Both the position numbers and the translations under genes were made by a program. The notes under the pieces were generated by a model, which was given only the letters and a program-made list of their open reading frames with translations, was not told the origin of the DNA and ran no database searches. A stretch of DNA of 64,000 nucleotides from positions 33,358,001 through 33,422,000 of the forward strand of contig NW_024704743.1 of assembly GCF_018977255.1 (NCBI RefSeq), in the 5' to 3' direction. Positions 50,973 to 64,000 of this stretch are shown one piece after another. The number at the start of each line of letters is the position of its first letter. Within the stretch, counting starts at the first letter, position 1. Origin of the DNA: Callorhinchus milii. Lineage: Eukaryota.

Positions 50973-51714
50973 TTAGTAAGGTTTCTTAAATAATGTTTAT
51001 CAAATTCTTAACAAATGTTTCTTAAATAAGTTGAGGAACACTTTCAGATATACCACAATCTCTTACCCTTAATCACTAGTCTTGCTTGAGGATTGCATTT
51101 ACTTTTCTGTTCTCAATCATAGTTGAATAACCTGCTAAATTCTGCATTCTCCACTCCTCCCAACTTTTTAAAGACCAGGATCATTTATAGAATTAAAAAC
51201 TGTAGGCAACAGAAATGTTTTACATGAAGGGGGAAGCCGTGTCTCTGAAGGGAAAATAGGATTCTATCAATTCTACCATACGACAATGTTAAGCTTCCCC
51301 AAGATGACCCAATGGGTTAGTTTCAGAACCAGAAAACATTTTTAAAATCTGAGTAAATTACCTCTCCTGGGTGACACTTGCCAACTAATTGGGAGTCAGA
51401 TTTCCACAGCTCTTAAAAATAACTGGCTTTTTATTATTTAATTACTAGTCACTCCATGAGAGATTCAAACAGAATTCTGCAGATGGAAAACTGAATTGAA
51501 ATTTTTTTCACAATTATGTGCAATCTTACTTTTAAGACAAAATAGCCTTGCAGACTTAGAGTAGTAGGTGGAATTTGATATTTGTAAAGTCTAAATGAGC
51601 AGCATCCCATAAATTCTTTGAGCATTCCCTCACTTGCAGGCTCACTCCAACTTTAGATTAATGGATCCTCAATTATCTAGTTCATATCCCACTCCTTTTC
51701 TGATTATATTCAGG

Positions 51715-52135
51715 TGTCAGACTGGCTCAGTTCTCAACACTATCGCCTCTGAGTCAGGAGGTTGTGAGCTTAAGTTCCATGTTGGGACTTTGAAGTCACA
51801 TAATCTAGGAGCTAACTGCACTGCTGTCCTGAGTGTAGAGTGCATAGTCAGAGGTGAGACATTAAATGAGACATTAAATCAAGGTCCCGTCTGTCCAAGT
51901 GAATATTAAACATCCCATGGTACAACTCGAAAAGACAATGGAGTTTCTCCTGGTGTCCTGGCCAACAATGACCCAGACAAAATTAATTATTTACCTCATG
52001 GATGTTTGTGTGGTATTATGTGCAAATGGGTTACTGCATTTGCCTACAAAATACACAGATACTGCACTTTACAGTAAATCCTGTGAATTGCTTTGCGATT
52101 TCCTCTTGATGCAAAAGACACTATATCAAATGTGG
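51715..52135 (+). mobile_element. Deu-domain SINE (family C), full length
   Basis: Head tgtcagactggctcagtt...gcctctgagtcaggaggttgtg, Deu segment and L2-type tail. Confidence 0.85.
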
Positions 52136-52139
52136 GATT

Positions 52140-52450
52140 GTGGAGTCCTGTGGCTCAGTGGTTAGAGCACTTGCCTCGCAAGCAAGAGATCTGGGTTTGA
52201 TTCCCGGCAGGGTGAAACCTTGGGCACGTTTCCTTACTCCACACGCCTGATAATAATCCCTCAAGAAAAATACAATAATAAATTGGTCACTTCAATCCAT
52301 GACTGTTTGTGGGACACTGCTGTGAGCATTTGGCTGCCACGTTTCGCCCACAAATATACAGTCAGTTCACTTTACATTTATATTCTGTGAAACGCTTTGA
52401 GACGTCTCGAAGACGTGAAAAGCGCTATATCAAATGCGAGGATTACTATT
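52140..52450 (+). mobile_element. SINE family A-like (short form), inserted at the tail of the preceding SINE
   Basis: gtggagtcctgtggctcagtggttagagc...actccacacgcctgataataatccc, then tail. Confidence 0.92.
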
Positions 52451-52528
52451 CTTATTATTTTTTTTCTAAGATGCTCTGATAGCTTCAATCTCTCACTTTG
52501 TTTTCCTTCCAAACTCTGGCAGTCCAGC

Positions 52529-52672
52529 TAATCCTTGCATTCGATATAGCGCTTTTCACGTTGGGAGGACGTCCCAAAGCGTTTCATAGAACACACTGTA
52601 AAGTGAATTGACTGTATATTTGCGGGCGAACGTGGCAGCCAATTGCGCACAGCAATGTCCCACAAACAGTCA
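52529..52672 (-). mobile_element. SINE family A 3' half, inverted
   Basis: aatccttgcattcgatatagcgcttttcacgttgggaggacgtccc...cacaaacagtc. Confidence 0.9.
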
Positions 52673-53104
52673 GTTGAGAGTGAGTGTCTCTTCCTGAACT
52701 GCCATAGATACGTTTGAGTCTCAGTTGGATCTTGGAAATCAAACTCTTGATCGTCTCTGTGCAAAGTCATTGCTGATACCACTGTGCTTTCCATCTGCTG
52801 TAACTTGTATACAATTAAGGGATTAATAACCACACCAATCCTAGACCATGTACTGAGACACCTCACAGGAGTATCACAATGCACCAAGAGCCTGAATGAG
52901 CTATATACCTGTCACCTGAATGCCACGATTATGTTACGTGCTATCTTTAACCACACATACTGTAATTGTTTCCTTATATCGTACTGGAAATGGAAAAAAT
53001 AAAACTGGATGATATTCTATCCCACTCCCATTGTGTCCTCTATCCCTTCCTCTTCTGAAGGTAGTGATCTATGCTGGATACACTCCACTGAATTGCTAGG
53101 ATAC

Positions 53105-53345
53105 ACTGAGTTGTTGGAGGTGCTGTCCTACGGATAAGATGTTAAAATTTCTGCCCGGTATCCTGGGCAACAATCTCCCAAATAAAATTGGTCATTCACT
53201 TCATGGCTGTTTGTGAGACATTGTTGTGTGCAAATTAGCTGCCACATTTACCCACGATATATACTCTGTCACACCACTTTACCATATATTCCTGTGATGC
53301 ACTTTGAGACGTCTCGACAACATGATAAGGTGAGGATAATTATTA
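53105..53345 (+). mobile_element. Deu-domain SINE (family C) fragment
   Basis: aaattggtcattcacttcatggctgtttgtgagacattgttgtgtgcaaattagctgcc. Confidence 0.75.
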
Positions 53346-53630
53346 TGCCCTGATCCATTGTACCCATCTTAAGATTCAGGGTGATGCTAGGTGGTGGAAG
53401 TGATCTGTAGCCTGAGTGTGTGGTAAAGGCTGTTGCTGTATTGTTACAATCATACTAAAGTGGTCTGAAGTTATGGGCTTCACTTTTATTTGACAATACC
53501 TTGCCGATCTATATAGTAACATCTATTTGATTTGCTATCAATCTTGTTTGACAAAGTGCTTTAAGAAATGTATTTAGCATGAAAAGCCTGATATAAAGGG
53601 AACTTATTGTTATCGATCCATTCATTAACA

Positions 53631-53826
53631 TAGGCCTGAAATTAACCCAGTTTTTGCCATTAAAACCGCTTTGTCTTAAAATTTAAGATGGTGCGGAATT
53701 GTGGAAAATCCTTAAATTCAATCTTATTTTAGAAGCTGATTTTCCACAGTTCTTAAAAAGACAATTTCCACAATTCTGCCCTGTCTTCATTTTTAAGTCA
53801 AAGGCAAGATGGAATTTTGAGCCCCT
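53631..53826. mobile_element. Palindromic MITE-like element (type 2)
   Basis: Ends taggcctgaaatt / aattttgagcccct; arms gcggaattgtggaaa / tttccacaattctgc. Confidence 0.75.
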
Positions 53827-55854
53827 TATGTATAAAATAAACACACTACTGTCATGAATACATCAGCATTAACCATTTCTCCTGTTATCCTTTTTCATCT
53901 TGAATGAGGATCTCACTAAAGTGCTAAATGCATCCGGAAGCTTTGAAGTGACAAAATCACTTGACTCTGGCACTAAACTCCAAGTTAAAGGACAGGTGCT
54001 GGATCCTGTTGTGCTATAAAGAGTAGCTGTATTGATGGCTTTGAACCTTAAAGATCTTTGTGCTGTATGTGGCACATCAACCGTGGTGCACAGATGCTAC
54101 GGAAAAAAACAGGACACACCTGATTAGCCCTGAATGCAGTCAGAAACCAAACAGCTGTCACTCAGGGGTCGTTTCCTGTTTAGTTTTCACTTTCATGGTC
54201 AACTTGCCATTAAAATAAAAGCTATCAACTATCAGGAAATGCAGCTTTTTGTTTCCTCCCTTTGAACAGTAATAGGTACCTTCCCTTTCATTAGGTTCTG
54301 GGATGGGGTGTTCTCCTGTGGATTCAGTCAATAGAGCCAAATAAGGAAAATGCAATATTTGCAGATAGGAGAGCAATCTATTGCTTGACAAAGGTTATGA
54401 GCACACACTTTATTGCCTAGGAAACAGCACACAACAACAACAAAAAACACCTGGATTTCAGACATGACCTGCTGGGAGCAATTAAACCTGTTTGGCTTGT
54501 CCGCTGGGAACAATTCAAGGAATGTCCTGCCCATGAAAGAATTGAAGAATGGCTAAAGGCATATATAAAGCTACCAAGCACTTACAAGACTATTATTTAC
54601 ATTGACAAAGTATCAGTGCTTGGATCAATTCCCTGAAAGGAAGTTATGTGAGAGGAGCCTCCTCCATGAATAAGTATTGGGTTTGGATTTGGCTGTATAA
54701 TGGAAACTTGGCATGTATCAATCAACATCTCATCTGAAACCCACAAGTAGGTCACTGGCACACAATCCAACTGTACATGTTCAGACAATTCATTACTAAC
54801 TGTACCTCCCCAGTCAGAGAAGCATGAAAAATTGATAGCACTTTGTGCTGGCACTTGAAATGAACAGCAGTGACTCCTGATCAAAAAGAACTTGCTGTTT
54901 TTGCAGCTTTTTATTGCACTGAAAATCTCTTAAGTACTTTACAGTAATTGCTATCAAGCACAGGGAATGTTTTTGAAATCTGACCCAGCAATCATTTTGC
55001 ACGCAGCAAAGTTCCGCAAACAGCCATGAAGTGAATGATCAATTTTATCTGGAGGATTGGTAGCCAGGACACTGTGAAAATCTGTTTTCTAATCGAATTG
55101 GTTCATGCAAGAATCTGAAATGAAGACGAGAATAAAGACTGAGATTCTTATTGGTCTGTTTATTATTAGTCTTGTTTCATTATTATTAGACTTAAATCAT
55201 TATTAAATTTAAATCGAGAAACCTACTAAAGTGATTGACCCAATCCACTCAGATACTAGTAACCCAAGGAGACCTTTGTGAATGAACACTTGAAAATGAG
55301 CCCATTTTGGAACCTTTGACCTTCAATTGACTTAATTGACAAAAGAAGGCTAAAGCCAGATAACTTTGTCCACACAGCCTCTCCACTTGGCCTCTGAGGT
55401 AAATGTGATTTTGACATAGTGCAGGCTGTTTAGAATCAGTCCTGCTCAATAAAACAATACTTTAATTCATTCAACACTTGCTGTGGTTTACATTTAATTT
55501 GATGAGGTCATGCCAGTGAGGTGGCTTGGCGAGGACAGCCTGCCCTGGAATTGCCACAGCAACAGTCAGCCTGACTTCTGGGAAAAGCTTGTGTGGCAAC
55601 AGATGCATTTCAGCATGATTCTAACAGGTAGCATCGGACAAGTGCATAGTCTAAGGCAGGGATGTGGTCCAGCTGGCAGCCAACCCCAACTCCCCACTTC
55701 ATTTTATCTGGTCCACCCACTCTTTCCATAACCTGTAAATGTTATGTTGTGTTTCTGGAAGAGAAACACAAAAATATTGCTTATGCAGCCTGTGGACATG
55801 TCTCAAATAGGGCATCCGGCCCTCAGCAGCCAAAAGAATGGACCACCCTGGTCT

Positions 55855-56400
55855 AAGGTGACACTCCAGTGCAGTGTTGGGGGTTTTTGCATTGTCAGAG
55901 GTACCGTCCTTCGGATGACAACAACATCAGCAACTTGCACTTATATAGCGCCCTCCACGCAGTGTAGTGTCTCAAAGCACTTAATTTCTTTGAGGCAAAG
56001 AAGTCTAGGACCTCTTCGCGTTTGCCATTTCATGTGAGGAATGAAGGAGCTAGAGGGGTGCATGGAGGAGGTGATGGACAGCGGAAAATAGTGTCTTCGG
56101 GTTGTTTTCGGCCTTGGAGTAAAGTCATGAGATATTAAACCGATGTCCCATCTACCTGTTGAGGTGAACATTAAAGCTCTTGTGGCATTAATAAAAGAGA
56201 AAAGGGAGTTTCTTCCAGTGTGGCCAATAATATAATCAAACCGGTCATTTGTTTTGTGGCAGTTTGTGCGGTATTGCTGTGTGCAATTAAGCTGCTGTGT
56301 TCACCTACAAATACACAGCCTTTGCCATTCGCAGTAAATCCTGTGAAGCATTTTGAGACAGCCTCCCATTGTGAATGGCACTATACCAAATGCAAGATTT
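55855..56400 (+). mobile_element. Deu-domain SINE (family C) interrupted by a minus-strand L2-type 3' end (about 55919-56125)
   Basis: ccgtccttcggatga|caacaac...gtc|atgagatattaaaccg; the two halves are contiguous in other copies. Confidence 0.7.
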
Positions 56401-56754
56401 CTTTGTTTTCTTCTTCTTGTCATTATTATCATCATCATTATTATTATTGTCATTGTCATTATTGTATTGCCTTTCACAAGGACGCAAACTCTGTTTCCAA
56501 ACAAGTAGCTTATACAAGATGGCACAGACAAGTTGGGCTTAAATGGATTGTTTCCATGCCACATCATTCTTTGAAATGACACATTAACTCAAGTTAATGG
56601 CCACAGCTCTAATATTAAGAGCTTCAGACCAGCCAACTGTGAGAGATATTGACTCCTATCCCTACGTTGGTACATTAGAGCAGATTATTCTCCTGGTGTA
56701 TTAGACAAGAAAAAAAGTGAGGTAAACAAACAGAACAAAATAAGTATTAAATTA

Positions 56755-56960
56755 TAATAAATAATAATCCTTGCATTTGATGTAGCACCTTTCACGTCTT
56801 CTAGACGTCTCCAAGCTCTTCACAGAATATACTGTAAAGTAAATTGACTGTATATTTTGTGGGCAAAATCGCAGCAGCCAATTACGCACAGCAGTGTCCC
56901 ACAAACAGTTGTGGATTGAAGTGACCAATTTATTATTGTTTTTTTTGAGGGATTATTAGG
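56755..56960 (-). mobile_element. SINE A/B 3' half
   Basis: aatccttgcatttgat...cagtgtcccacaaacag...gagggattatt. Confidence 0.85.
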
Positions 56961-58014
56961 ACACAAGTGAGAAATTAGAATATTGAAACCAATAGGAAAA
57001 GTTACAGGAGTGAAAGAACAGAAGATGAAATGAGAGTAGTAAATCAAAACAGAGGAAACGGCGTGATTGTTTAGTGAGAAAAAACAGACTATTTCAACAT
57101 GGGAACAAACAGCAATAGCAATAAAGTAGATACTAAATCGAGGGCCCACTACCCCAACCCCACCAGAGGTTAAAGGTAAAATGTTTGACTTCTTCAGTTT
57201 AATTACAGAGGAAACGATCTGAAGAAGGAGGCAATTAAATAGGACGCTGTATACTTGTCTCAGTGCCTTCAGGTTGCTCTGCCAGATTGACTAACTTGGT
57301 CTGTTTAATATTAGTCTTGTTTTATGAAATGACATGTTGTTACATCCAGTTCTGTTCCCACTTAGAAAAGTCATTTGAATCCACTAACTCGAATAAGGTC
57401 ATCTCTTTATTTTGATATTAAGCATTTTTTTTATTAGAAGAAGCCACAGCTCTAATGTTAAACAATGAAAGGGCTTCAAACACACTAAGATATCAGTGTA
57501 AAGAAAACAGCCCTGTACTTTGTGACCAGATTGTTAATGTTGTGCTTGTCTATAAATATTGAATCAGCCTAGCCTGTCAGCCGATCATTGCATTGATTTT
57601 GCCGTATTAGCCACACGAAAGGGCTGAGGAAACAACCACTCATTTAAAAGTACTGGAACTAGCACTTAAAAATGAACCAAGTCAAGAGAAGTAAGCAGCA
57701 CTGGCAATTACGGTCAAACACTCACAAAATTACCAGTGTAATGTGACAAGGATTGCCATGCTCTCTGTGTTAACCTCTGTCTGAATGGTTGTTTCATCTT
57801 TCATTTTACTAATCCTGATGGCCCACAGCGCAGCAAATGACAGGAAATGTAAGTGATGGTTGATGGAGCCTCCTGCAGACTGTTTCTTTGTGGATCAATT
57901 GGGTTCTTTTTACTCATTATTACTGCTACTGCAAGAGTGACTAACTCGATTATTGTTTTTCTTCCTTACTGCCCCAGACAGGTCTAACATTAACAGCGTT
58001 TATTTTGTTTCTCT

Positions 58015-58235
58015 AATTGCCTCCTCCTCCTCCCCGTCTCGTCCCCTCCCCCTATTTCTGGTCCACCCTCACTTCCTACGTCACGCATCACTAACCGATT
58101 AAGGAGTGCAGGCGCTTGCTCCCAGGGTTCAACCCGGGTACCACTTGGACTGGCCACTGGGAGGTGCTGAAGAGCAGCGTGGTTCAGCACGCTCGTCACT
58201 TTCTCTCCGGTAGAGGAAGCAGACTTTTCGGCACA
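58015..58235. promoter_or_regulatory. CpG-rich promoter/enhancer-like patch
   Basis: C-rich tract, adjacent ETS (CACTTCC 58070-58076) and CRE half-site (ACGTCA 58078-58083), CpG cluster, and a minus-strand donor ggca|gtaagg at 57969. Confidence 0.35.
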
Positions 58236-58679
58236 GCTAAACACAGAAAGTCAATATGTGTGGTAATTCAGGGGGGAACTGTACTATGCTGCATTGTAAA
58301 TCTGAATAATAATATTCCTTGCATATGATATAGCGCCTTATCACGTCGTTGAGATGTCTCAAAGTGCTTCACAGAATATACCATAAAATGAATTGACTGT
58401 ATATTTTGTGGGTTTCTCAACAGCTAATGCAAGGATCAGGATGATCTTTATACTTCCCTGAGCCTTTCACTTCTCCTTACAATCTTCAGCAATTTAAAAC
58501 CCAAGCTTGGGGCTCAATGGCTCATGTGCAAAGATGCTCAAAACCAGGATTTCTCAACAACCAACCAAGGACCGGGGTCAGGCTGTCAGAACCTCATGGT
58601 TAGTCCACACCACAGTGGTTCTGCGGACTTTAATACAAAATTATAATAAATAATAAAACAATTTATTTAAAATACTTTT

Positions 58680-58842
58680 AAAAAATTGGTCACTCAATCC
58701 ACGAGTATTTGTAGGATACTGCTGTGCGCAATTGGCTGCCTACAGTCAATGCACTTTACAGTATATTCTGTGAAGCGCTTTGAGATGTCTCAAAGGCCTG
58801 ATAAAGCACTATATCAAATGCAAGGATTATTATTATATTATT
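58680..58842 (+). mobile_element. SINE B 3' half
   Basis: aattggtcactcaatccacg...ctgtgaagcgctttgag...aaggattattat. Confidence 0.82.
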
Positions 58843-58884
58843 ATGAATTAGCCAGTCCCTGATAACAAGAGGTTGAGAAACGCT

Positions 58885-58990
58885 GCTCAAAACCATACTG
58901 ACTAGAAGGTGCAATTTCTCACCTGTGCTAAGATACCTAATCTCAGCTGGAGCAGCAATGTGTGCTAACATTGGCCTCAATATCTCCAAG
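58885..58990 (+). mobile_element. SINE-like family D fragment
   Basis: ccatactgactagaagg...ctgtgctaag...aatctcagctgg...cattggcctca. Confidence 0.5.
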
Positions 58991-61974
58991 CTTGGTCACC
59001 TGTTATCAAATGGCCCTTGTACAAATATGTAAAGTTTGCAGCATTTCATAACAAGTTCATGGTATTAAGAACATCACAAACTTCGTACCATTTCACGAAT
59101 AAGGACAGGCTACATCTGTGAGTTACCCAAACAGGTGCTTCTTATTCTTTTAGGAAATAACGTTACGGGATATAGTACATTGGTAGTTTGGGACATAGCA
59201 GGAAGGTGGAAGGTAAACTAGATGGACCTTGGTCATTTTTCATCTAGCATTTCTTATGTCTCTCTGCTCAATCCAGGCCATTATCTTTGATATTTCCTTC
59301 TTCTCCCCTCATCAAAACTACCGTCCTGGAGACAAATTGTAACTCTAGGGTTTGAGAAAAACAATATAATTCCACCAGTTTCCTCTTCTCTAGCAATCAA
59401 ATGCCAATTTTCACTCTTCACATACTTTGCAGGAATAGGTGAGCAGGACTGTATCCCTTCACAGAGAGAGTGCACACTCTATTCCAGATAAAGGGAAACT
59501 TCCATGCATGTGTTGAATTCTCAGTAGTCTGGTTTGTGCACTCTAAACCATGACACTGGGTTTTCAAGTACTACGTATCAGACACCCAAGTGACCAAAAA
59601 AAAAGACCGCATTGTTACAATTCAGTCTAAACCTGAATGAAGCATATGATTGCTCACTATACAAATCAGTTTGAGGCTTCAACATATCTTTTGAAGAGAA
59701 AAGACAGGCCAGGTGTATCATAAATGCTTGTGCACTGGAAAAAATGGAAAATACAATTAACATTTATATAGTGCCTTTGTGTCGGAAGAACGTTCCACAG
59801 AGGTTGAAATACTCAATTACTTAAAACCACCTTTACTTTATACATTACATGAGAGGTTGTGACATTTCCTGCTGCTTCATGTAGTCTCCAATTTTACTTT
59901 AATAATAAACCTTTCAGCCACCAGGTGAGATTTCACAGATGCTCAGATTTTACGCTATATCCTGATCCTTAACAATTTACCCTTTGTAATTTCTGAGACA
60001 TTTATGCTTTCATTTTATTGAAATTCTTATTTAATTATGTATGATTCATTTCCGAATGAGTTTTTCCCAGTGTCCTGGCCAACAATCCTTCAAATGAAAT
60101 TGGTCATGCATAGCTGTTCATGGGACATTGTTTGTCCAAATTGGCTGCTGCTTAAAATACGCAATGAGGAACATTGTGAAGCAATTTGAGATGTTTTGAC
60201 ATTAAAGGCACTGTAGCAAATGCAAAGGTTATTATTATTATTTCCATTGCTGCATAAATCAGGTATTTTATTGTTCAAAAGAATAACCAACTCAACCTGA
60301 ACAGAATTACAGTTTCAAATTATAAAGAGTCTGTTTATCCACAATAAGCTACAAAAGTCCTTCTTCAGTGCTAAAAAGAGGAATAATATAAAAAAGACTT
60401 TGTAAGAACACAAGAATCTACTACGCATAAGAAGTCCAAGGTCCATTTAGTTCGTCTTCCACCATCCTGGCAGTCACTTGACATGTTGTGTCTCAAATTA
60501 TACACGGTATCCCAAGAAATTATTTTCTAAATCGTACTTTTATAGTGCATTCAGCAATTGTGCCCCTGATCACAATTCCTACCACAATCCCTCTGCCTCA
60601 CCCCCTCTTTACCTATCTTTGAATCCAACCTTAGACCTATCTCTTCGACTGCCCCTACGGTCACCTCTCTCTCCTGCAACTCTCTTGCTCGATATCCAAT
60701 CCTGCCACGGTGCACCACTCCGAGATGCTATGCTGCATGAATAGCCCTATAAAAATGCAAGTGGTTGTTGTTGCGTTATGTGTAAAAACATCAAAAAAGG
60801 GCTTTACAGTAATCCTAGTCATGTGTAGTGAAATCCTTTCAGTTAGGATAAATGACAAATAGCTAAGGTTGGGTATTGCTTTGGCTTCTTGTTGATCATA
60901 TTAACAAAAATCAACAAGTATAATGTGTCCAAATCAAAGAAGCCAAATGGTTTCCCAATTCGTTCTGACAGGTGTAATTATTATACTTTTGCTTCCGTGT
61001 GAAATTGCATGAACCAGCAGATGTCAACTAAACTTAACCAAGTGATGTACCTAAATACTATTAAAGCTCAGATGCTACACAGTTAAAACTGAGAATACTG
61101 CACAGTTAAAGGTCAGATACTGTTCACAGTCAGAGCCTGGACCATACCTTCCTGCTTGCTGTTTTATATCATGAATACCCATTACCTCATCAACCTCCTG
61201 AGTAAAGTAATATCAAATATCAAATGAATCTATTTCATTTTTCATAAAATAAGACATTTTAAAAGTGTTTCATTTCTACATTGGCTGATCTCACTTGCCT
61301 CTCCTGGCCCACTGCCAGAAACCCTAATCTTATCTTGGTAAGCAGATAAGAATGCTGATTGGGGGATGACGTACCCACATAAATGCCTTTGCTCCAGCTT
61401 TAGTTTTGTTGGTTGTATTGATGCTCCCACACAAAATTCCTGTTTTACATCCTCTTACAGTGCTGTTGTTTTTTCAGAGACGATTGTGGGATAAATGAGG
61501 TGTTCAGAACAATCCTGTGCATCACATGGAATTTAAAAATATTGGGTTGAGGCAAAACATTTGAATCATTCCAACTAATGAAGTTTAGTGGTAAATTAAA
61601 ATATTTCCTGGGCTAACCTAGAGGGGACTAGTACCCAATCATTGCTGCATAGTCTGTCCAGCAGTAACACCCAAGAAGCCTAAAGTAGGATTTATCATTA
61701 ACAGACATGATATGTTAATTATTCCCAAGGTGGCCACTTCCAGTTCTATCGTTATAGATAATAGATAAGTCTCTGATGGATTTTTTTCTACGTCTGTGGG
61801 TAAAAATTCTGTTTAGTGTTATGCATAGTATCTTGGCATTGTTCGACTAGAATGGAAAATCCATTTAAATGCCAGCATTGCCAGAGTTAATGCATGTAAC
61901 ACTGAATGGATTTTTTACCCATTAGGATGATAGACTGGTCCAGATAAGCTGGATGTAATCTTTCACATCAATTG

Positions 61975-62367
61975 GACGTCTCAAAGTGCTTCACAGGATA
62001 TACTTTAAAGTGTATAATTGTATATTTTGTAGGCAAATGCAGCAAACAATTTGCACACAGCAATGTCCCACAAACAGACATGAAATGAATGATAAATTTT
62101 ATTTCAGGGGTGTTTAGCCAGGACACTGTGAGAAACTCCCTTCTCTTTGTAAATAGTACCGTGGGATCTTTACCATCCACCTGAAGAGGCAGCGGGATCT
62201 CAGTTCAACATCTCGTCTGAAGGACGGCACCTCCAACAATGCAAACCTGCCCTGCATTGCCTTGGAGTGTTGGCATAGAATATATACGTTTAAAATCCCA
62301 ACATGGGGCTCGAACCCACAACCTTCTGACTCGAGGCGAGAGAGATACCAACTGAGCCAGACTGACA
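61975..62367 (-). mobile_element. Deu-domain SINE (family C), near full length
   Basis: Reverse-complement head tgtcagtctggctcagttgg (A box)...ggttcgagcc (B box), then Deu segment. Confidence 0.88.
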
Positions 62368-62875
62368 CACCAATATACCAATAAAGTGGAACATCATGAT
62401 AGTTTATGGTCATGGTTAACACATACAATGTAGCTATGGTACTGTATATTAGAAGGTAACTATGTGCAGTGTGGCCCTTTGAAAGTCATATCCCTTACAC
62501 CTTCATTGATTCACTGATTAGTGCCAGACTGTCTGGAGTTATTGTGCGCCCTCTTTCATTTCACTTTATCTCCACGTCTCTGTAGAAACACAGTAGGACT
62601 GACTCTGTCTGGTATGTTCTGTAATATTTCATAATAAAATGTTTTTTTAACATTCATCAGCGTTCAGCAAATGGAGCATTTTGAAGTAAGTTTGTCTGCA
62701 CCCAAAATATGACACCAATTCCTCATCCGCAGTAAACCATATTGGGTGTTTCTTATTGTTGTCAATAATGATCTTTGCAGTTCATGTATTTAAGAGATAA
62801 CTTAATGCATACATGAGAGAAAAGAAAGATGTAGAGGGATATAGATGAGAGAAATAGGGTGGATATCATTCTGGT

Positions 62876-63262
62876 TTATCTGCGCTGCACCTCCTCCAGA
62901 GCCAATACATCCCTGACCAAGGCTCTGTAGAGTTGAAGCATCATTTCCTTTCTTTTATATTCCAGCCCACTTGAGATAAAGGCCAATGTCCCATTAGTCC
63001 TTTTGATAACTTTTTGTACCTGTGAGCTTGTTTTTAGTGATTTGTGTACATGGACACGCAAATCCCTTTGCTCCTCCACAGTTCTTAGTTTTTCGCCATT
63101 TAGAAAATATTCTGTTTTGCTCTTTTTTGATCCATTGTGGATGACCTCACACTTCCCCACATTTCAGCTGACACAGTTTTGCCCACTCACTTAATCTGTC
63201 TAAATCACTTTGTAACTTCCTGATGCCATCTACACAATCTACTGTGCCGCCTAACTTTGTGT
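62876..63262 (-). mobile_element. CR1 ORF2 (RT) fragment
   Basis: TKLGGTVD...LQSDLDRLSEWAK; KCEVIH...EEQRDLRVHVHKSLK...LQLYRALVR...LEEVQRR. Confidence 0.92.
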
Positions 63263-63849
63263 TTGAGAGGAGCACTAAGCAGAGTTGCGCCTCATCTCAG
63301 AGAATGGAGAGGAAATGAAAGCATCACTTTTCCAGGCACCCTCCTTGCTTAGAGAACAACTTGGACAAAGTCCTGAGTGTAGGCCACTGCCCAGTCAGGG
63401 AACAACACGCCCAGGCAGGGCGAGACCTTGGGCAATTGCTTAAGCAAAACTTCTCATTACTTGTTTATGATAGGAAAATCGATTCCTATGTTAGCATTTT
63501 GGATGTGGGAGGGATTTTGGTTAAGACACTATTAGAACTCTGCTGTTCTTTGAAAAAATGCCACAGAATCTTTTAACATCACCTCAGTTTATTATAAATA
63601 ATAATTATCATCCTTGCATTTGACACGTTACCTTTCACATCAGTTGGCCAGAACACTGAGATAAAATCCCTTCTCTTTTTGAATAATTATCCCAATCAAG
63701 ATCTCCTTCCAAAGGACGACACCTCCAACAACCCAAACCTCCCTCACTGTTGTACCGGAGTAGAAACCTGGAGTGTGATCTCAAATATTGGTGCAGGTCT
63801 CAATTACACAACTTTCTGACATGGAGATGTTTGAACTACCAAATCCCAT

Positions 63850-63930
63850 TACAAACAACAACAACAGCAAAATTACATTTGTATAGCACCTTTCACATCG
63901 GGAGGATGTCCCAAGGCGCTGGACAGACAG
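63850..63930 (-). mobile_element. L2 3' tail
   Basis: (caa)n followed by the reverse complement of ccttgggacatcctcccgatgtgaaaggtgctatacaaatg. Confidence 0.8.
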
Positions 63931-64000
63931 CGTTACGGACCTAAACAACCACTATTTTTAATGATAAGTGTCTGACAGACCCCAGTGTGAGGTGCGTGTA

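Noticed and set aside
1..64000. CRISPR arrays, operons or other prokaryotic systems
   Set aside because: The DNA is eukaryotic; repeats are dispersed retroposons and MITEs, with no regular repeat-spacer array or long intact ORFs.

Overview
Repeat-rich, AT-rich vertebrate genomic DNA, probably intronic or intergenic. The repeat repertoire points to a cartilaginous fish, most likely a holocephalan such as Callorhinchus (inference). I recognise no host protein-coding gene. The only ORFs with recognisable protein motifs are decayed reverse-transcriptase fragments of L2 and CR1 LINEs. The window contains: (i) 5'-truncated L2 copies and L2 tails; (ii) CR1 fragments; (iii) an old tRNA-headed Deu-domain SINE (family C); (iv) younger tRNA-Ala-headed SINEs with a CORE-like segment, a Deu 3' segment and an L2-type tail (long form B, short form A); (v) an older, separate SINE-like family (D); (vi) palindromic MITE-like elements; (vii) remnants of a Penelope-type repeat with a degenerate minimal hammerhead ribozyme. 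There are also two CpG-rich promoter-like patches (about 25.1 kb and 58.1 kb) and a few unassigned candidate exons. I found no convincing new multi-gene system. The best leads are the hammerhead remnant, the chimeric SINE and its tail match to L2, and a 43-bp inverted templated insertion. Family names A-D are my own labels, and boundaries were read by eye and are approximate.
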